The position numbers and the translations under genes are program-made. Below the pieces are notes generated by a model, which was not told where the DNA came from, ran no database searches, and was given only the letters and a program-made list of their open reading frames with translations. Of a stretch of DNA of 64,000 nt, positions 30,246 to 39,590 are shown piece by piece (positions within the stretch are counted from its first letter, which is position 1; every line of letters starts with the position of its first letter). Source of the stretch: an uncultured Methanomassiliicoccaceae archaeon (GTDB lineage: Archaea; Thermoplasmatota; Thermoplasmata; Methanomassiliicoccales; Methanomethylophilaceae); the NCBI GenBank assembly GCA_905187815.1, contig CAJJJM010000003.1:63575-127574 (forward strand), given 5' to 3'.

Positions 30246-30742
30246 CCGCAGGGGTTGACCTCACATCCCGCCTCAAGTTGACCATTTCGCTTCTCGACTC
30301 TGCGACCCCATAAACGTCAGTAGTTCGAGGTGAGGCTGCTCCCGTCAGGACCTGACCCGGTTCCCCCGATTGATGTGTGAACTGCGACCCTCCGGTCGCC
30401 TTCTTCACAAACACCGACTCTACAGGACAAAGTTTCATCGTTGCTAGATGGGCTTGAGTGTTCAGCGGGGCCGTCCCCTGCTGTCGCCCCCGCGTATTGA
30501 CGATTTCGGGTGTAGGGCACGCCAAGCGCCCCGGCCAAGCCAGACAAGGGGCTGATTGTCCCTCTGTTTATAATACCTTGCTCTCTTGGGTCGGGAAAAC
30601 GGCGAAACAACCCGCATGCCTGCCTAGGTGTCCTGACATTCGTAGCAGCCTCTCCGGTACATGCGTTTGGAGAATCATTATATACGATTTCCATGATGTG
30701 GACGTATCCGTGCTACGTGTTAGCACGCCACTTGGTGAGAAG

Positions 30743-30874
30743 ATGGATTTCTTCGGACTGACAGACCCCTGGATAATCGGAGGATACGTGGGAAGCTTCC
30801 TTTGCGTCGCATTCTGCATAGTCTACGGTTTCCTGAAGGGCAGGCAAGAGGAGGATGAGGACGATGGCGAGTGA
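30743..30874 (+). CDS. small single-TM protein, candidate accessory subunit of the downstream symporter
   Basis: 43-aa ORF (MDFFGLTDPWIIGGYVGSFLCVAFCIVYGFLKGRQEEDEDDGE) overlapping the symporter start; one hydrophobic helix then acidic tail. Confidence 0.4.
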   Translation: MDFFGLTDPWIIGGYVGSFLCVAFCIVYGFLKGRQEEDEDDGE

Positions 30875-32519
30875 GGGAGTAGATCTCGTGGTCTTCGGGA
30901 CGATGACTGTCGTGTTCCTGATCGTCACGCTCGTCCTGGGATGGTACGGCTACAAGAACACACGCAACAACGAGGAGTTCCTCCTGGGCCGCAACAAGGC
31001 AGGCCCTGTGATCATCGCGCTCTCATACGGTGCGACATTCCTCTCGGCCTCCGCGGTCATCGGGTTCGGCGGACAGGCCGCTGTCCACGGGATGTCGGTC
31101 ATGTGGCTCTGCTTCCTGAACCTCTTCGTGGGATTGATCGTCGCGTTCCTCATCTTCGGAGGACCGACCCGCAGGAAGGGCAGGGCCCTCGGTGCTTCCA
31201 CCTACGCCGATCTTCTCGGGAAGATCTTCAAGTCGAAGGGGATCAGGGCGTTCACAGCCATCCTCATCATCGTGATGATGCCCATCTACGCGGCCGCCGT
31301 CCTCAAGGGTGGTGTCAATTCCCTGGCGGTCATCACAGGCCTCACCGAGTACTACGACTACATACTCATAGCGCTCGCCGTGATCGTCGCCGTATACGTG
31401 GTCTACGGCGGTATCATCGCCGTCATGTACAACGACGCCTTCCAGGCAGCCATCATGTTCATCGGGATGGTGGTCATCCTGGTGGTCACATACTCCTACT
31501 TCGGGGGTGTCACAGCGGGCAACTCTGCTCTCGACGGCCTCTGGGACCAGTCAATCGTGGACATCGGGAACATCGGGGTCCAGGACGGATTCAACGGCTG
31601 GACATCGTTCTCCGACTTCGGCTCCAAGGAGTGGCTGACAGTCGTCACCACATTCCTGCTCGGAGTGGGCATCGGCGCCCTCACGCAGCCCCAGCTCGCC
31701 GTCAGGTTCATGTCCGCCAAGAACGACAGGGACCTGAACAAGTCCCTCATCGTCGGATCCGTGTTCATGCTGGCCATCGTCGGCTCCGCATACACAGTCG
31801 GTGCGCTCAGCAACGTCTACTTCATGGACCACTACGGCATGACGGCGTTCGAGTACATCTCCCAGATGGGCCTCGGAACCGACTTCATCATACCCGAGTA
31901 CATCCTGGAGCTGTTCAGCACGATCTCGTTCGGTGACATCTTCGTGTCGCTGTTCCTGCTCTCCCTGGTCTGCGCTGCCATCTCCACCATCAGCGCGCTC
32001 CTCCACACGATCGGTGCCGCAGGCGGCTACGACCTCTACACTCTCTGGAAGAACAAGAAGGGGCACATGACCGGAGACTCCCAGTCGGTCAACCTGAACC
32101 GTGTCGTCATAGTCCTGGTGATGGTGCTGACCGTCGTCTACTGCTACATGATGCCCAACGACATCATCGCGAAGGCCACGTCCGTGTTCATGGGCATCAC
32201 CGCAGCCGCGCTGCTTCCCGCCTACTTCCACGGACTCTACTCAAAGAACCCCTGCAGGAAGGCAGCCATCACCAGCATGGTCGTGGGGACCGTGGTGTAC
32301 CTGTTCTTCGCGCTGTTCATCAACAGCGGGACGAGCATATTCCTGCCCATCTGCGAGCTGTTGACCGGACAGAGCGTCCTGTTCCCCGACAGCATCCTCG
32401 CCAGCACCGACGCGCTGGTCATCGCCCTTCCCGCATCGATCATAGCGATGGTCATCGCCCTCGTGTACTTCAGGCATATCGAGGGACAGGAGCCGGTTGC
32501 GGAATCCGAATCGGCTTGA
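30855..32519 (+). CDS. sodium:solute symporter family (SSS) transporter
   Basis: ~551 aa, 13-14 TM helices, SSS family pattern; alternative start at 30864 preceded by GGAGGA. Confidence 0.85.
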   Translation: MRTMASEGVDLVVFGTMTVVFLIVTLVLGWYGYKNTRNNEEFLLGRNKAGPVIIALSYGATFLSASAVIGFGGQAAVHGMSVMWLCFLNLFVGLIVAFLIFGGPTRRKGRALGASTYADLLGKIFKSKGIRAFTAILIIVMMPIYAAAVLKGGVNSLAVITGLTEYYDYILIALAVIVAVYVVYGGIIAVMYNDAFQAAIMFIGMVVILVVTYSYFGGVTAGNSALDGLWDQSIVDIGNIGVQDGFNGWTSFSDFGSKEWLTVVTTFLLGVGIGALTQPQLAVRFMSAKNDRDLNKSLIVGSVFMLAIVGSAYTVGALSNVYFMDHYGMTAFEYISQMGLGTDFIIPEYILELFSTISFGDIFVSLFLLSLVCAAISTISALLHTIGAAGGYDLYTLWKNKKGHMTGDSQSVNLNRVVIVLVMVLTVVYCYMMPNDIIAKATSVFMGITAAALLPAYFHGLYSKNPCRKAAITSMVVGTVVYLFFALFINSGTSIFLPICELLTGQSVLFPDSILASTDALVIALPASIIAMVIALVYFRHIEGQEPVAESESA

Positions 32520-32825
32520 ATACTAGCTATTAGGATTTGAATTCAAACCATTTATACAAACCATTTACCCTCTTTTTTCACACAGACCGTATGAAAAACA
32601 TGTGGATACATACATCCAGGTTTACATCCAACACTATTTAAATATGATGGAAATTTGCATTGTTAAGAGGGCATTGTATATCTAGATTTCCATAGAATTG
32701 CAACATTCTATTGTATTTAATTCGATTTTGATAGACTTTTATTTATACTACTTTAATATTTTTAATCATAGGTTTCGAGTTTGATGACTGATATTATTCA
32801 TCGAGACCAATCCGGGAGAAGTAAT

Positions 32826-33119
32826 ATGGCAAAAAAGGACAACTCTGATGGGGTCACGGCTTTCGAGGAGAAGCACATGATCTCTATGCTCATGTTTCTC
32901 GGGGCCAACGGCCCGAGCAGGAAGATCGACATCTACGAGGGTGTATCCTCCAACCCCAGGATGCCTGACAAGCTCAACCACCTCGAGGAGATCGGACTTG
33001 TCACGCAGGAGATGGACGTGGTCACCCGTTCCACGATCGTCACCCTCACGCCGGCGGGTGAACAGGTTGCCAGCCTCTTCGTCGCCATAGACAAGTGCAT
33101 AAAGGGAATCCAGAGATGA
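32826..33119 (+). CDS. small winged-helix-like putative transcription regulator
   Basis: 97-aa ORF after a ~300-bp AT-rich region; predicted HTH (RKIDIYEGVSSNP...LNHLEEIGLVTQE). Confidence 0.45.
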   Translation: MAKKDNSDGVTAFEEKHMISMLMFLGANGPSRKIDIYEGVSSNPRMPDKLNHLEEIGLVTQEMDVVTRSTIVTLTPAGEQVASLFVAIDKCIKGIQR

Positions 33120-33153
33120 AACGAGGGGCCTGGGGATTAAGTACCTCCTCGGC

Positions 33154-33969
33154 ATGGCGCAATCCATGGATAAGGCGCTCGAGTTGAGGGACGTCTCTGT
33201 TGTCAGGGGCGGCAAGTACATCCTCAGGTCCATCGATCTTGACATATCCAAGGGCGAGAACGTTGCGGTCATAGGCCCCAACGGCTCAGGCAAAACCACA
33301 CTCATTAAGCTTCTACGCGGAGAGATCCATCCGTACTACGATGAGGAGCATCCTGCCACGATGAGGATCTTCGGTATGGAGAGATGGAACCTCTTCGACC
33401 TCCGCAGCCGCATGGGCGTAGTCTCCATGGACCTGCAGAGCATGTTCCGTCCGGACACTCGCGTCCACGAGGTCATATGCTCGGGCTTCTTCAACAGCCT
33501 GGACGTATTCAGGAACCACACGGTCACCGACGACATGGTCAGGGCCGTCTACGAGGCTGCGCTCATGATGGGCATCGAGGACATCCTCGACCGCCCGATA
33601 GAGAACCTCTCTCTGGGTGAGATGAGGAGGGCCCTCATCGCCAGGGCCATGGTCACCAAGCCCGACCTGCTGGTGCTTGACGAGCCCATGACGGGCCTGG
33701 ACATAGTGATGAAATCGAAGTTCCGCTCCATGTTCGACATCCTCATCGAAAGAGGTGTCAGCATAGTCATGATCACCCATGAGCTCACAGACATCCCCGC
33801 TTCAGTCAGACGTGTGGTCATGGTCAAGGACGGGCGCATCTTCGCTGACGGTGACAAGGGGGAGCTGCTCACCGATTCGAAGGTGTCGGAGCTTTACGGC
33901 GAAAGTATAAAGGTGGAGAGTCAGAATGGAATCTACCGTATGCGTCTCGCCGACGATGTGATCCAATGA
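33154..33969 (+). CDS. ABC transporter ATP-binding protein (orphan, no adjacent permease)
   Basis: Walker A GPNGSGKTT, signature LSLGEMRR, Walker B LLVLDEPMTGLD. Confidence 0.85.
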   Translation: MAQSMDKALELRDVSVVRGGKYILRSIDLDISKGENVAVIGPNGSGKTTLIKLLRGEIHPYYDEEHPATMRIFGMERWNLFDLRSRMGVVSMDLQSMFRPDTRVHEVICSGFFNSLDVFRNHTVTDDMVRAVYEAALMMGIEDILDRPIENLSLGEMRRALIARAMVTKPDLLVLDEPMTGLDIVMKSKFRSMFDILIERGVSIVMITHELTDIPASVRRVVMVKDGRIFADGDKGELLTDSKVSELYGESIKVESQNGIYRMRLADDVIQ

Positions 33970-34436
33970 AGTACATATGTCACGACTGCGGGTACGAGAT
34001 ACCCGATGGCATGGATTTCTGTCCGCGCTGTGGATGTGTGAAGGACAAATCCACCCCTGTGGACGACCAGACAGGCATGCCTCTGGGCATCTGTCCGCAT
34101 TGCGGGGCATCCACCAACCCCGGCGATGCGTTCTGCGGTTCATGCGGGTCCCCTCTGCCCGAGGTCAGGATGATGGTCCCGAAGATGAGGAAGAACGGCA
34201 TGATCGCGATAATACTGGCCATGTTCCCGGGATTCTTCAACGTCTTCGGGTTCGGTCACCTCGTCCTCAAGGACTGGTCGAAAGGGGCCATGTTCCTGGC
34301 GATGTCCGTGATACTGTTCTACATCAACGGCGGATTCATACCGACGACGATGCTGATGTCGATACTGTCCATCGCGGTGTACTTCTACCAATGCATGGAT
34401 CTCATAAGGGTCGTATACTCTCCGGAGGTCCACTGA
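33966..34436 (+). CDS. double zinc-ribbon membrane protein (paralogue family member 4)
   Basis: CHDCGYE...CPRCGC and CPHCGAS...CGSCGS ribbons followed by TM helices. Confidence 0.6.
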   Translation: MKYICHDCGYEIPDGMDFCPRCGCVKDKSTPVDDQTGMPLGICPHCGASTNPGDAFCGSCGSPLPEVRMMVPKMRKNGMIAIILAMFPGFFNVFGFGHLVLKDWSKGAMFLAMSVILFYINGGFIPTTMLMSILSIAVYFYQCMDLIRVVYSPEVH

Positions 34437-35920
34437 TGGACTGGACCGAGAAGTACCGTCCGCAGACTCTCGATCAGGTCATAGGCAACCCGACCGCCGT
34501 CAACAGCCTCAGGGCATGGGCCAGGAGCTGGGAGAAGGGGACTCCGGAGGTGAGGGTGGCGATCCTGAGGGGTCCGCCCGGAGTTGGGAAGACGACCTCC
34601 GCCGAGGCCCTGGCCAGGGAGATGGGCTGGAGCATCGTCGAGATGAACGCCTCGGACCAGCGTACGGGCAAAGCGATCGAGGACGTGGCCCTGAGGGGTT
34701 CGATGTTCGAGACCTTCGCCGACGACGGATCCTTCACGAGGTCGTCGGAGGGCGGCCGCAAGCTCATCGTACTGGACGAGGCCGACAACTTCTACGGCAA
34801 CAGCGACAAGGGCGCCATCCCTGTGGTCAACGCACTCATAAAGGGGACGGCCCAGCCGGTCATCCTGATCGTCAACGACTTCTACGAGCTCAGCAGGAAG
34901 AGCTCCGCCGTCAACGACAGCACCCTGCAGATCACGTTCAAGAAGCCGCAGGCCTCGACCATCGCCAAGGCGCTATACAGGATCGCAGACGCCGAGGGCG
35001 TCGAGGTCGACCCAGAGGCGATGGAGCGCATCGCGATGAACGCCAACGGGGATATGCGCGCAGCCGTCAGGAACCTGGAGTCCCTGGCGCTCGGCCAGGA
35101 CTCCGTCACCCTGGAGATGACCGAAGACCTCTCTCCGAGGGACACGCGCTCCGACATCTACGATCTGATGAAGGCCGTGTTCCTGAGTGGGGACCCGTCG
35201 GAGGCCCGCAGGAAGGGCATGGAGGTCGACGAGGATCCGGGTATGGTCCTCATGTGGATTGACGAGAACATGCCCACGGAATGCACTGACACAGGGGATC
35301 TGATCAGGGGCTACGAGAAGCTCTCAAGGGCAGACATATTCATGAGCAGGGTCTATCGCAGGCAGTACTACCGTTTCTGGTCCTATGCCAAGGACATGAT
35401 GACCTTCGGGGTCTGCGCGTCCAAGCGCTCCAAGTCCCGTCCGGGGACCAGGATCAACTTCCCAGCGTACCTGGGCCGCATGTCCCGCAGCAAGAAGGTC
35501 CGCATGGTCAGGGACTCCATCTCGCTCAAGCTCGCCGGGCACCTGCACACCACCACACGCAGGGTCCAGAACGACGTCGTCCCCTACGTCAGGACAATGA
35601 TGTCCAACGATGCGGAGCTCCGTCTCCACCTGGCCGACGAGCTGGACCTCGATGCCGACGAGCTGGCGATGCTGATGGCCAAGAAGGCGGATTCGGCCGC
35701 CGTCAAGTCCGTCTTCAAGGAGGTCGAGGCCCTCCGTCAGGCGAGGATATCCGCCGCCGTGCCGAAGGTCGTGGAGAGGGTCAGCATTGACGCCCCTCCC
35801 GCCGCCCCTCCGAAAGCATCAAAAGCCGATACGCCTGTCGAGGCGAAGGTCGAAGCAAAGCCGAAGGCCAGGACCCAGAAGGCGTCCGCCAAGGGCCAGA
35901 GGAGCCTCTTCGACTTCTGA
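34436..35920 (+). CDS. rfcL: replication factor C large subunit
   Basis: MDWTEKYRPQTLDQVIGN..., Walker A GPPGVGKTT, DEAD-like LIVLDEADN; Ala/Lys-rich C-terminal tail. Confidence 0.9.
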   Translation: MDWTEKYRPQTLDQVIGNPTAVNSLRAWARSWEKGTPEVRVAILRGPPGVGKTTSAEALAREMGWSIVEMNASDQRTGKAIEDVALRGSMFETFADDGSFTRSSEGGRKLIVLDEADNFYGNSDKGAIPVVNALIKGTAQPVILIVNDFYELSRKSSAVNDSTLQITFKKPQASTIAKALYRIADAEGVEVDPEAMERIAMNANGDMRAAVRNLESLALGQDSVTLEMTEDLSPRDTRSDIYDLMKAVFLSGDPSEARRKGMEVDEDPGMVLMWIDENMPTECTDTGDLIRGYEKLSRADIFMSRVYRRQYYRFWSYAKDMMTFGVCASKRSKSRPGTRINFPAYLGRMSRSKKVRMVRDSISLKLAGHLHTTTRRVQNDVVPYVRTMMSNDAELRLHLADELDLDADELAMLMAKKADSAAVKSVFKEVEALRQARISAAVPKVVERVSIDAPPAAPPKASKADTPVEAKVEAKPKARTQKASAKGQRSLFDF

Positions 35921-35924
35921 TAAC

Positions 35925-36872
35925 ATGGACCAGGCATACCGCGACCAGCTGATCAAGCAGCAGTACAGGCTGTACAAGGACCATTCGGCCGTAAAGCTCT
36001 GTCATTGGATGAAGGAGAGCATGCTCCGCGGGAGATGCTGCTACAAGCAGGACTTCTACGGGATAGACTCCCACAGATGTCTACAGATGACGCCCGCCCT
36101 CAACGAGTGCAGCCATCAGTGCACATTCTGCTGGAGGGTCCAGGACAAGGACTTCCAGGTGGACGACTGGGCCGAGCCGAAGGAGATGCTGGACGCCCTG
36201 ATCGAGGGCCAGAGGAAGCTTGTGTCCGGATTCAAGGGAGATCCACGGTGCGACCTCAAGCGCTACGAGGAGGCCAGGAATCCCAACCAGGTTGCGATCT
36301 CGCTCGCAGGGGAGCCGATAACGTACCCTTATCTGTCTGAGTTCATCAGGGAGTGTCACAGGCGCAACATGACCACGTTCATGGTTACCAACGGCACCTA
36401 CCCGGATAAGCTTGAGGCCCTCGACACCCTGCCCATGCAGCTCTACGTCACTGTCGCGGCTCCTAACGAGGAGGTCTACAGACAGGTGTGCAGACCAAAG
36501 GTCCCCGACGGATGGCAGCGCCTGATGAGGACCCTCGAGATGATGCCGTCGCTCGACACCCGCACCGTCGTCCGTCATACGCTGGTCAAGGACGTGAACT
36601 TCGGTTGGGTGGACGACTATGCCAGGCTTGACAGGATCGCCGATCCGGACCTGGTCGAGCCCAAGGGATACGTCTTCGTCGGAAGTTCGAGGAACCGCCT
36701 CTCTATCTCATGCATGCCGTCGTTCGCCGAGATCAGGGACTTCTCCCAGCAGCTGGGATCCCGCATCGGTATGGAGCTGATCAAGGAACGTGAGGACAGC
36801 CGCGTGGTCCTGCTGGGTCATCCAGGCGAGGAGACCGATGTCCGCAAGCTCTACGGGATGCCGAAGGACTGA
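35925..36872 (+). CDS. taw1: tRNA 4-demethylwyosine synthase (TYW1/Taw1), radical SAM
   Basis: CSHQCTFCW radical-SAM cysteine triad and Taw1-type flanking sequence. Confidence 0.8.
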   Translation: MDQAYRDQLIKQQYRLYKDHSAVKLCHWMKESMLRGRCCYKQDFYGIDSHRCLQMTPALNECSHQCTFCWRVQDKDFQVDDWAEPKEMLDALIEGQRKLVSGFKGDPRCDLKRYEEARNPNQVAISLAGEPITYPYLSEFIRECHRRNMTTFMVTNGTYPDKLEALDTLPMQLYVTVAAPNEEVYRQVCRPKVPDGWQRLMRTLEMMPSLDTRTVVRHTLVKDVNFGWVDDYARLDRIADPDLVEPKGYVFVGSSRNRLSISCMPSFAEIRDFSQQLGSRIGMELIKEREDSRVVLLGHPGEETDVRKLYGMPKD

Positions 36873-36934
36873 TCGGGAAACCGCTGGAACATTCGTCGTC
36901 CGGCGTATGGAGAAGAGGGGTCTCCCCCTCGAGT

Positions 36935-37213
36935 TTAAAAGCTGAGCGTGTTCGTGTAGAACAGGTAGGCGAGTACGACTATGTGCAGGACTAGGAACAC
37001 GTAGACGAGCTTGAACTTCAGCTTCCTCGTCTTGTGCCTGGCGTACTTCATCCCGGCGACCGCGCCCCACGGTCCGATGAGGGCCGCTATCAGCAGGGTC
37101 GACTCCTTGGTGCGCCACTGGTCGTTCTTGGCCTTGTGCTTGTCCCAGACGTACATCGCGAACGCGATCACGTTCAGGATGACATAGACGATCAGGAACA
37201 GGGTCGCGTCCAT
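36935..37213 (-). CDS. DUF1294 family small membrane protein
   Basis: 92 aa, two TM helices, YVWDKHKAK...DQWRTKES motif characteristic of DUF1294. Confidence 0.6.
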   Translation of the reverse strand: MDATLFLIVYVILNVIAFAMYVWDKHKAKNDQWRTKESTLLIAALIGPWGAVAGMKYARHKTRKLKFKLVYVFLVLHIVVLAYLFYTNTLSF

Positions 37214-37215
37214 GT

Positions 37216-37620
37216 TCACAGCTCTGCGATGAAGTCGTCGACGGCCTTCGGGAAACCGGCCTCGTTCATCTCGTCGGCCTTCTTGTTGAAGTACACGGCC
37301 TTCTGGATGCCGAGCTGCTCCGCGACCGCGTCGCGCTGCTTGTCTCCCTTCTCCCCGTTGTACATGCAGTCGATGAAGAGGAACAGCCTCTTCTGGACGA
37401 GTGAGTCCTTGTTCTTCTCGATGTACTCCACCAGGGGCTTGTAGGGTTTGCCTGCGTGGATTCCGGTGCCGAAGACGATGGTGTCGTACTCGGTGGTGTT
37501 GATCATGGTGATCTCCTTGAGGTTGAAGATGTCGGCACCGATCTTCCTGGCGATGTACTCGGCGAATTTCTTGGTGTTCTTCGTCATTCCGGTTGCGTAG
37601 ATGACTGCGGTTTTTCCCAT
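37216..37620 (-). CDS. flavodoxin family protein
   Basis: 134 aa, MGKTAVIYATGMTKNTKKFAEY... FMN-binding loop pattern. Confidence 0.8.
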   Translation of the reverse strand: MGKTAVIYATGMTKNTKKFAEYIARKIGADIFNLKEITMINTTEYDTIVFGTGIHAGKPYKPLVEYIEKNKDSLVQKRLFLFIDCMYNGEKGDKQRDAVAEQLGIQKAVYFNKKADEMNEAGFPKAVDDFIAEL

Positions 37621-37823
37621 CCATATCCCTTCCGAAGGTCCCGAGCCTGTCGGTCGTCGTTCAGACGGCTGCTCGGTTCCCGGTGAGACCAGTAATGGTT
37701 CCTGGATTCAAAAATATTATAGAAGGTTGGTCGACGGCTCGGGGTGCTGGTCTTCGGAACTGCTTCGGAGAGGCCGATGCAGTCTGTGGATGATATTAAA
37801 TATCCTAATGATATCAAAAAGTC

Positions 37824-38240
37824 ATGAACCCCCAGTCGGCCCGCTACAACTGCTCCATCGATGCCGCAATGTCGGTCATCGAGGGGAGATGGAAGGGGAC
37901 CATCATCTGCATGCTGGCGAATGACGGCACGCTGCGTTTCTCCGAGTTGCAGAGGAAGATCGGAGAGATCACATCCAGGATCCTGTCCAAACAGCTCAAG
38001 GAGCTCGAGGCGGACGGCATGATCACGCGTCACGTCATCCCTGACGGCAAGGTGAAGGTGGAGTACGCCCTCACGGAGAAGGGGAAGTCGATCATCCCGG
38101 TCCTAGCCTCCCTCGCCGAGTGGGGCGCGATGCATCAGTGCATCCAGGTCATAGTCCCGGGCAGGGACGCCGTGTCACAGCTCTGCGACCTTGACCGCAA
38201 CACGTCTCGTACGAGGTCCGTCGAACTCACAGAGGAATAA
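37824..38240 (+). CDS. HxlR family transcriptional regulator
   Basis: CSIDAAMSVIEGRWKGTIICML...LRFSELQRKIGEITSRILSKQLKELEADGMITR winged-helix HxlR signature; divergent from flavodoxin. Confidence 0.85.
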   Translation: MNPQSARYNCSIDAAMSVIEGRWKGTIICMLANDGTLRFSELQRKIGEITSRILSKQLKELEADGMITRHVIPDGKVKVEYALTEKGKSIIPVLASLAEWGAMHQCIQVIVPGRDAVSQLCDLDRNTSRTRSVELTEE

Positions 38241-38579
38241 CCCCTGCCAGGTCCCCAGGACAAGGTCTCCGTCGGAGACTATGACGGTCTGCGACGGCCC
38301 GACGCACGACGTCCTCAGATGGGAGTGGGAGTTGCCCTCCGCATGCCTGTAGTCGTCCCTCTCGGGGAAGGCCCTCGAGAGGCCTGCGATCATGTCGGTC
38401 TTCACATCCGGGTCCGCGTTCTCGTTTATGGTGATGCCTGCGGTGGTGTGCAACGAGAAAACCACGCACAGGCCGTCCCTGACCCCGCTTCCCCTGACGA
38501 CATCCCTCACTGCAGAGGTGATGTCGAGGATGTCCTGGCTGCCGCGCGTCCTGACCTCTATGGTACTGAAGCCGCCCAT
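38175..38579 (-). CDS. YjbQ family secondary thiamine-phosphate synthase (UPF0047)
   Basis: 134 aa from ATG at 38579; LHTTAGITINENADPDV and GTWQGLFLCEFDGPRTR motifs. Confidence 0.8.
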   Translation of the reverse strand: MGGFSTIEVRTRGSQDILDITSAVRDVVRGSGVRDGLCVVFSLHTTAGITINENADPDVKTDMIAGLSRAFPERDDYRHAEGNSHSHLRTSCVGPSQTVIVSDGDLVLGTWQGLFLCEFDGPRTRRVAVKVAEL

Positions 38580-38624
38580 AATATCGGGACGGCATCCACC
38601 CAATCATATATCTCTTAGACCATA

Positions 38625-39590
38625 ATGGAGGATGAGAACATGGCATACAGGATCGTCACCATCGACTCCGACAGGACGGCAGAGCTTCGGGAACGCTGCT
38701 CCGGCATGAACTTCTACACCTCAAAGGCGGACATCAACGGCATATGCGTGCAGCTCTACACGGAGAACCGCGATTACATGAACATGTGGCAGGACAACTT
38801 CTACCACATGTCCGATTCGGTCAGATCCCATGCCAGGATCTACTGCCTGGATGACCCGTCCACCGACCTCCACGCCGAGTACGACATCTCCTCGTTCACC
38901 ATGTTCCTGTTCAACTTCGACTACTACGGATGGATCAAGAGCATTGCCCTAGGCATGGCAGGGAACATCCTGGAGGACGGTCACGGGATCTTCTCCGTGC
39001 ACGGGGCCGCACTGGACATCGACGGAGCGGGGGTCACCCTCATCGCCCCGTCCAAGACCGGGAAGACCACGCAGTCCTGGGGTCTCCTGAGGATGGAGAA
39101 CGCCCATCTCATCTCCGACGACTGGTACTTCGTGTCCTTCGGGACTGGGAGGCCCTCGGTCGAGGGATCCGAGAAGAACTGCTACATAGACGCCGACATC
39201 GGCGACGTGTGGGAGGAGTACAAGCCCCTGGTCCAGGAGGTCAGGTTCGACAACAAGGGCCGCGGCATCGGCAACGTCAGATGGGTAGCCGGGGAGGGTT
39301 CCGTGATACACAGCACCTCCATGCGCTACGTCTTCCTGCTGAAGCGTGACGCCTCCGACGACAGGGCGGTCTACCGCATGTCCGCGGAGGAGGCCCTGGA
39401 GTACCTCTCCAGGGAGGGATTCTGCAACCCCCACCAGCTGGTCTGCGACATCAGGAGGAGCAACCTCAGGAGGGAGTTCTTCTCCAGGTATCTCGGCGAG
39501 TGCGAGGTCTACATGGTCAACACCACATGCACCGCGGAGGAGACCCAGGAGAACATCCGTGGCGTCCTGTCAAGGAGGTGCGGGATATGA
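38625..39590 (+). CDS. HPr-kinase C-terminal-domain-like P-loop protein (uncharacterised kinase)
   Basis: GVTLIAPSKTGKTTQSWGLL...LISDD resembles HprK/PEPCK-like P-loop and downstream Asp pair. Confidence 0.55.
   Translation: MEDENMAYRIVTIDSDRTAELRERCSGMNFYTSKADINGICVQLYTENRDYMNMWQDNFYHMSDSVRSHARIYCLDDPSTDLHAEYDISSFTMFLFNFDYYGWIKSIALGMAGNILEDGHGIFSVHGAALDIDGAGVTLIAPSKTGKTTQSWGLLRMENAHLISDDWYFVSFGTGRPSVEGSEKNCYIDADIGDVWEEYKPLVQEVRFDNKGRGIGNVRWVAGEGSVIHSTSMRYVFLLKRDASDDRAVYRMSAEEALEYLSREGFCNPHQLVCDIRRSNLRREFFSRYLGECEVYMVNTTCTAEETQENIRGVLSRRCGI

Noticed and set aside
30246-30742. SRP RNA or RNase P RNA in the long non-coding spacer
   Set aside because: Neither the SRP helix-8 consensus (CCGGAAGG...AGCAGCC) nor the RNase P CR-I/CR-V motifs were found by eye on either strand, so this is left as an unassigned candidate structured region.
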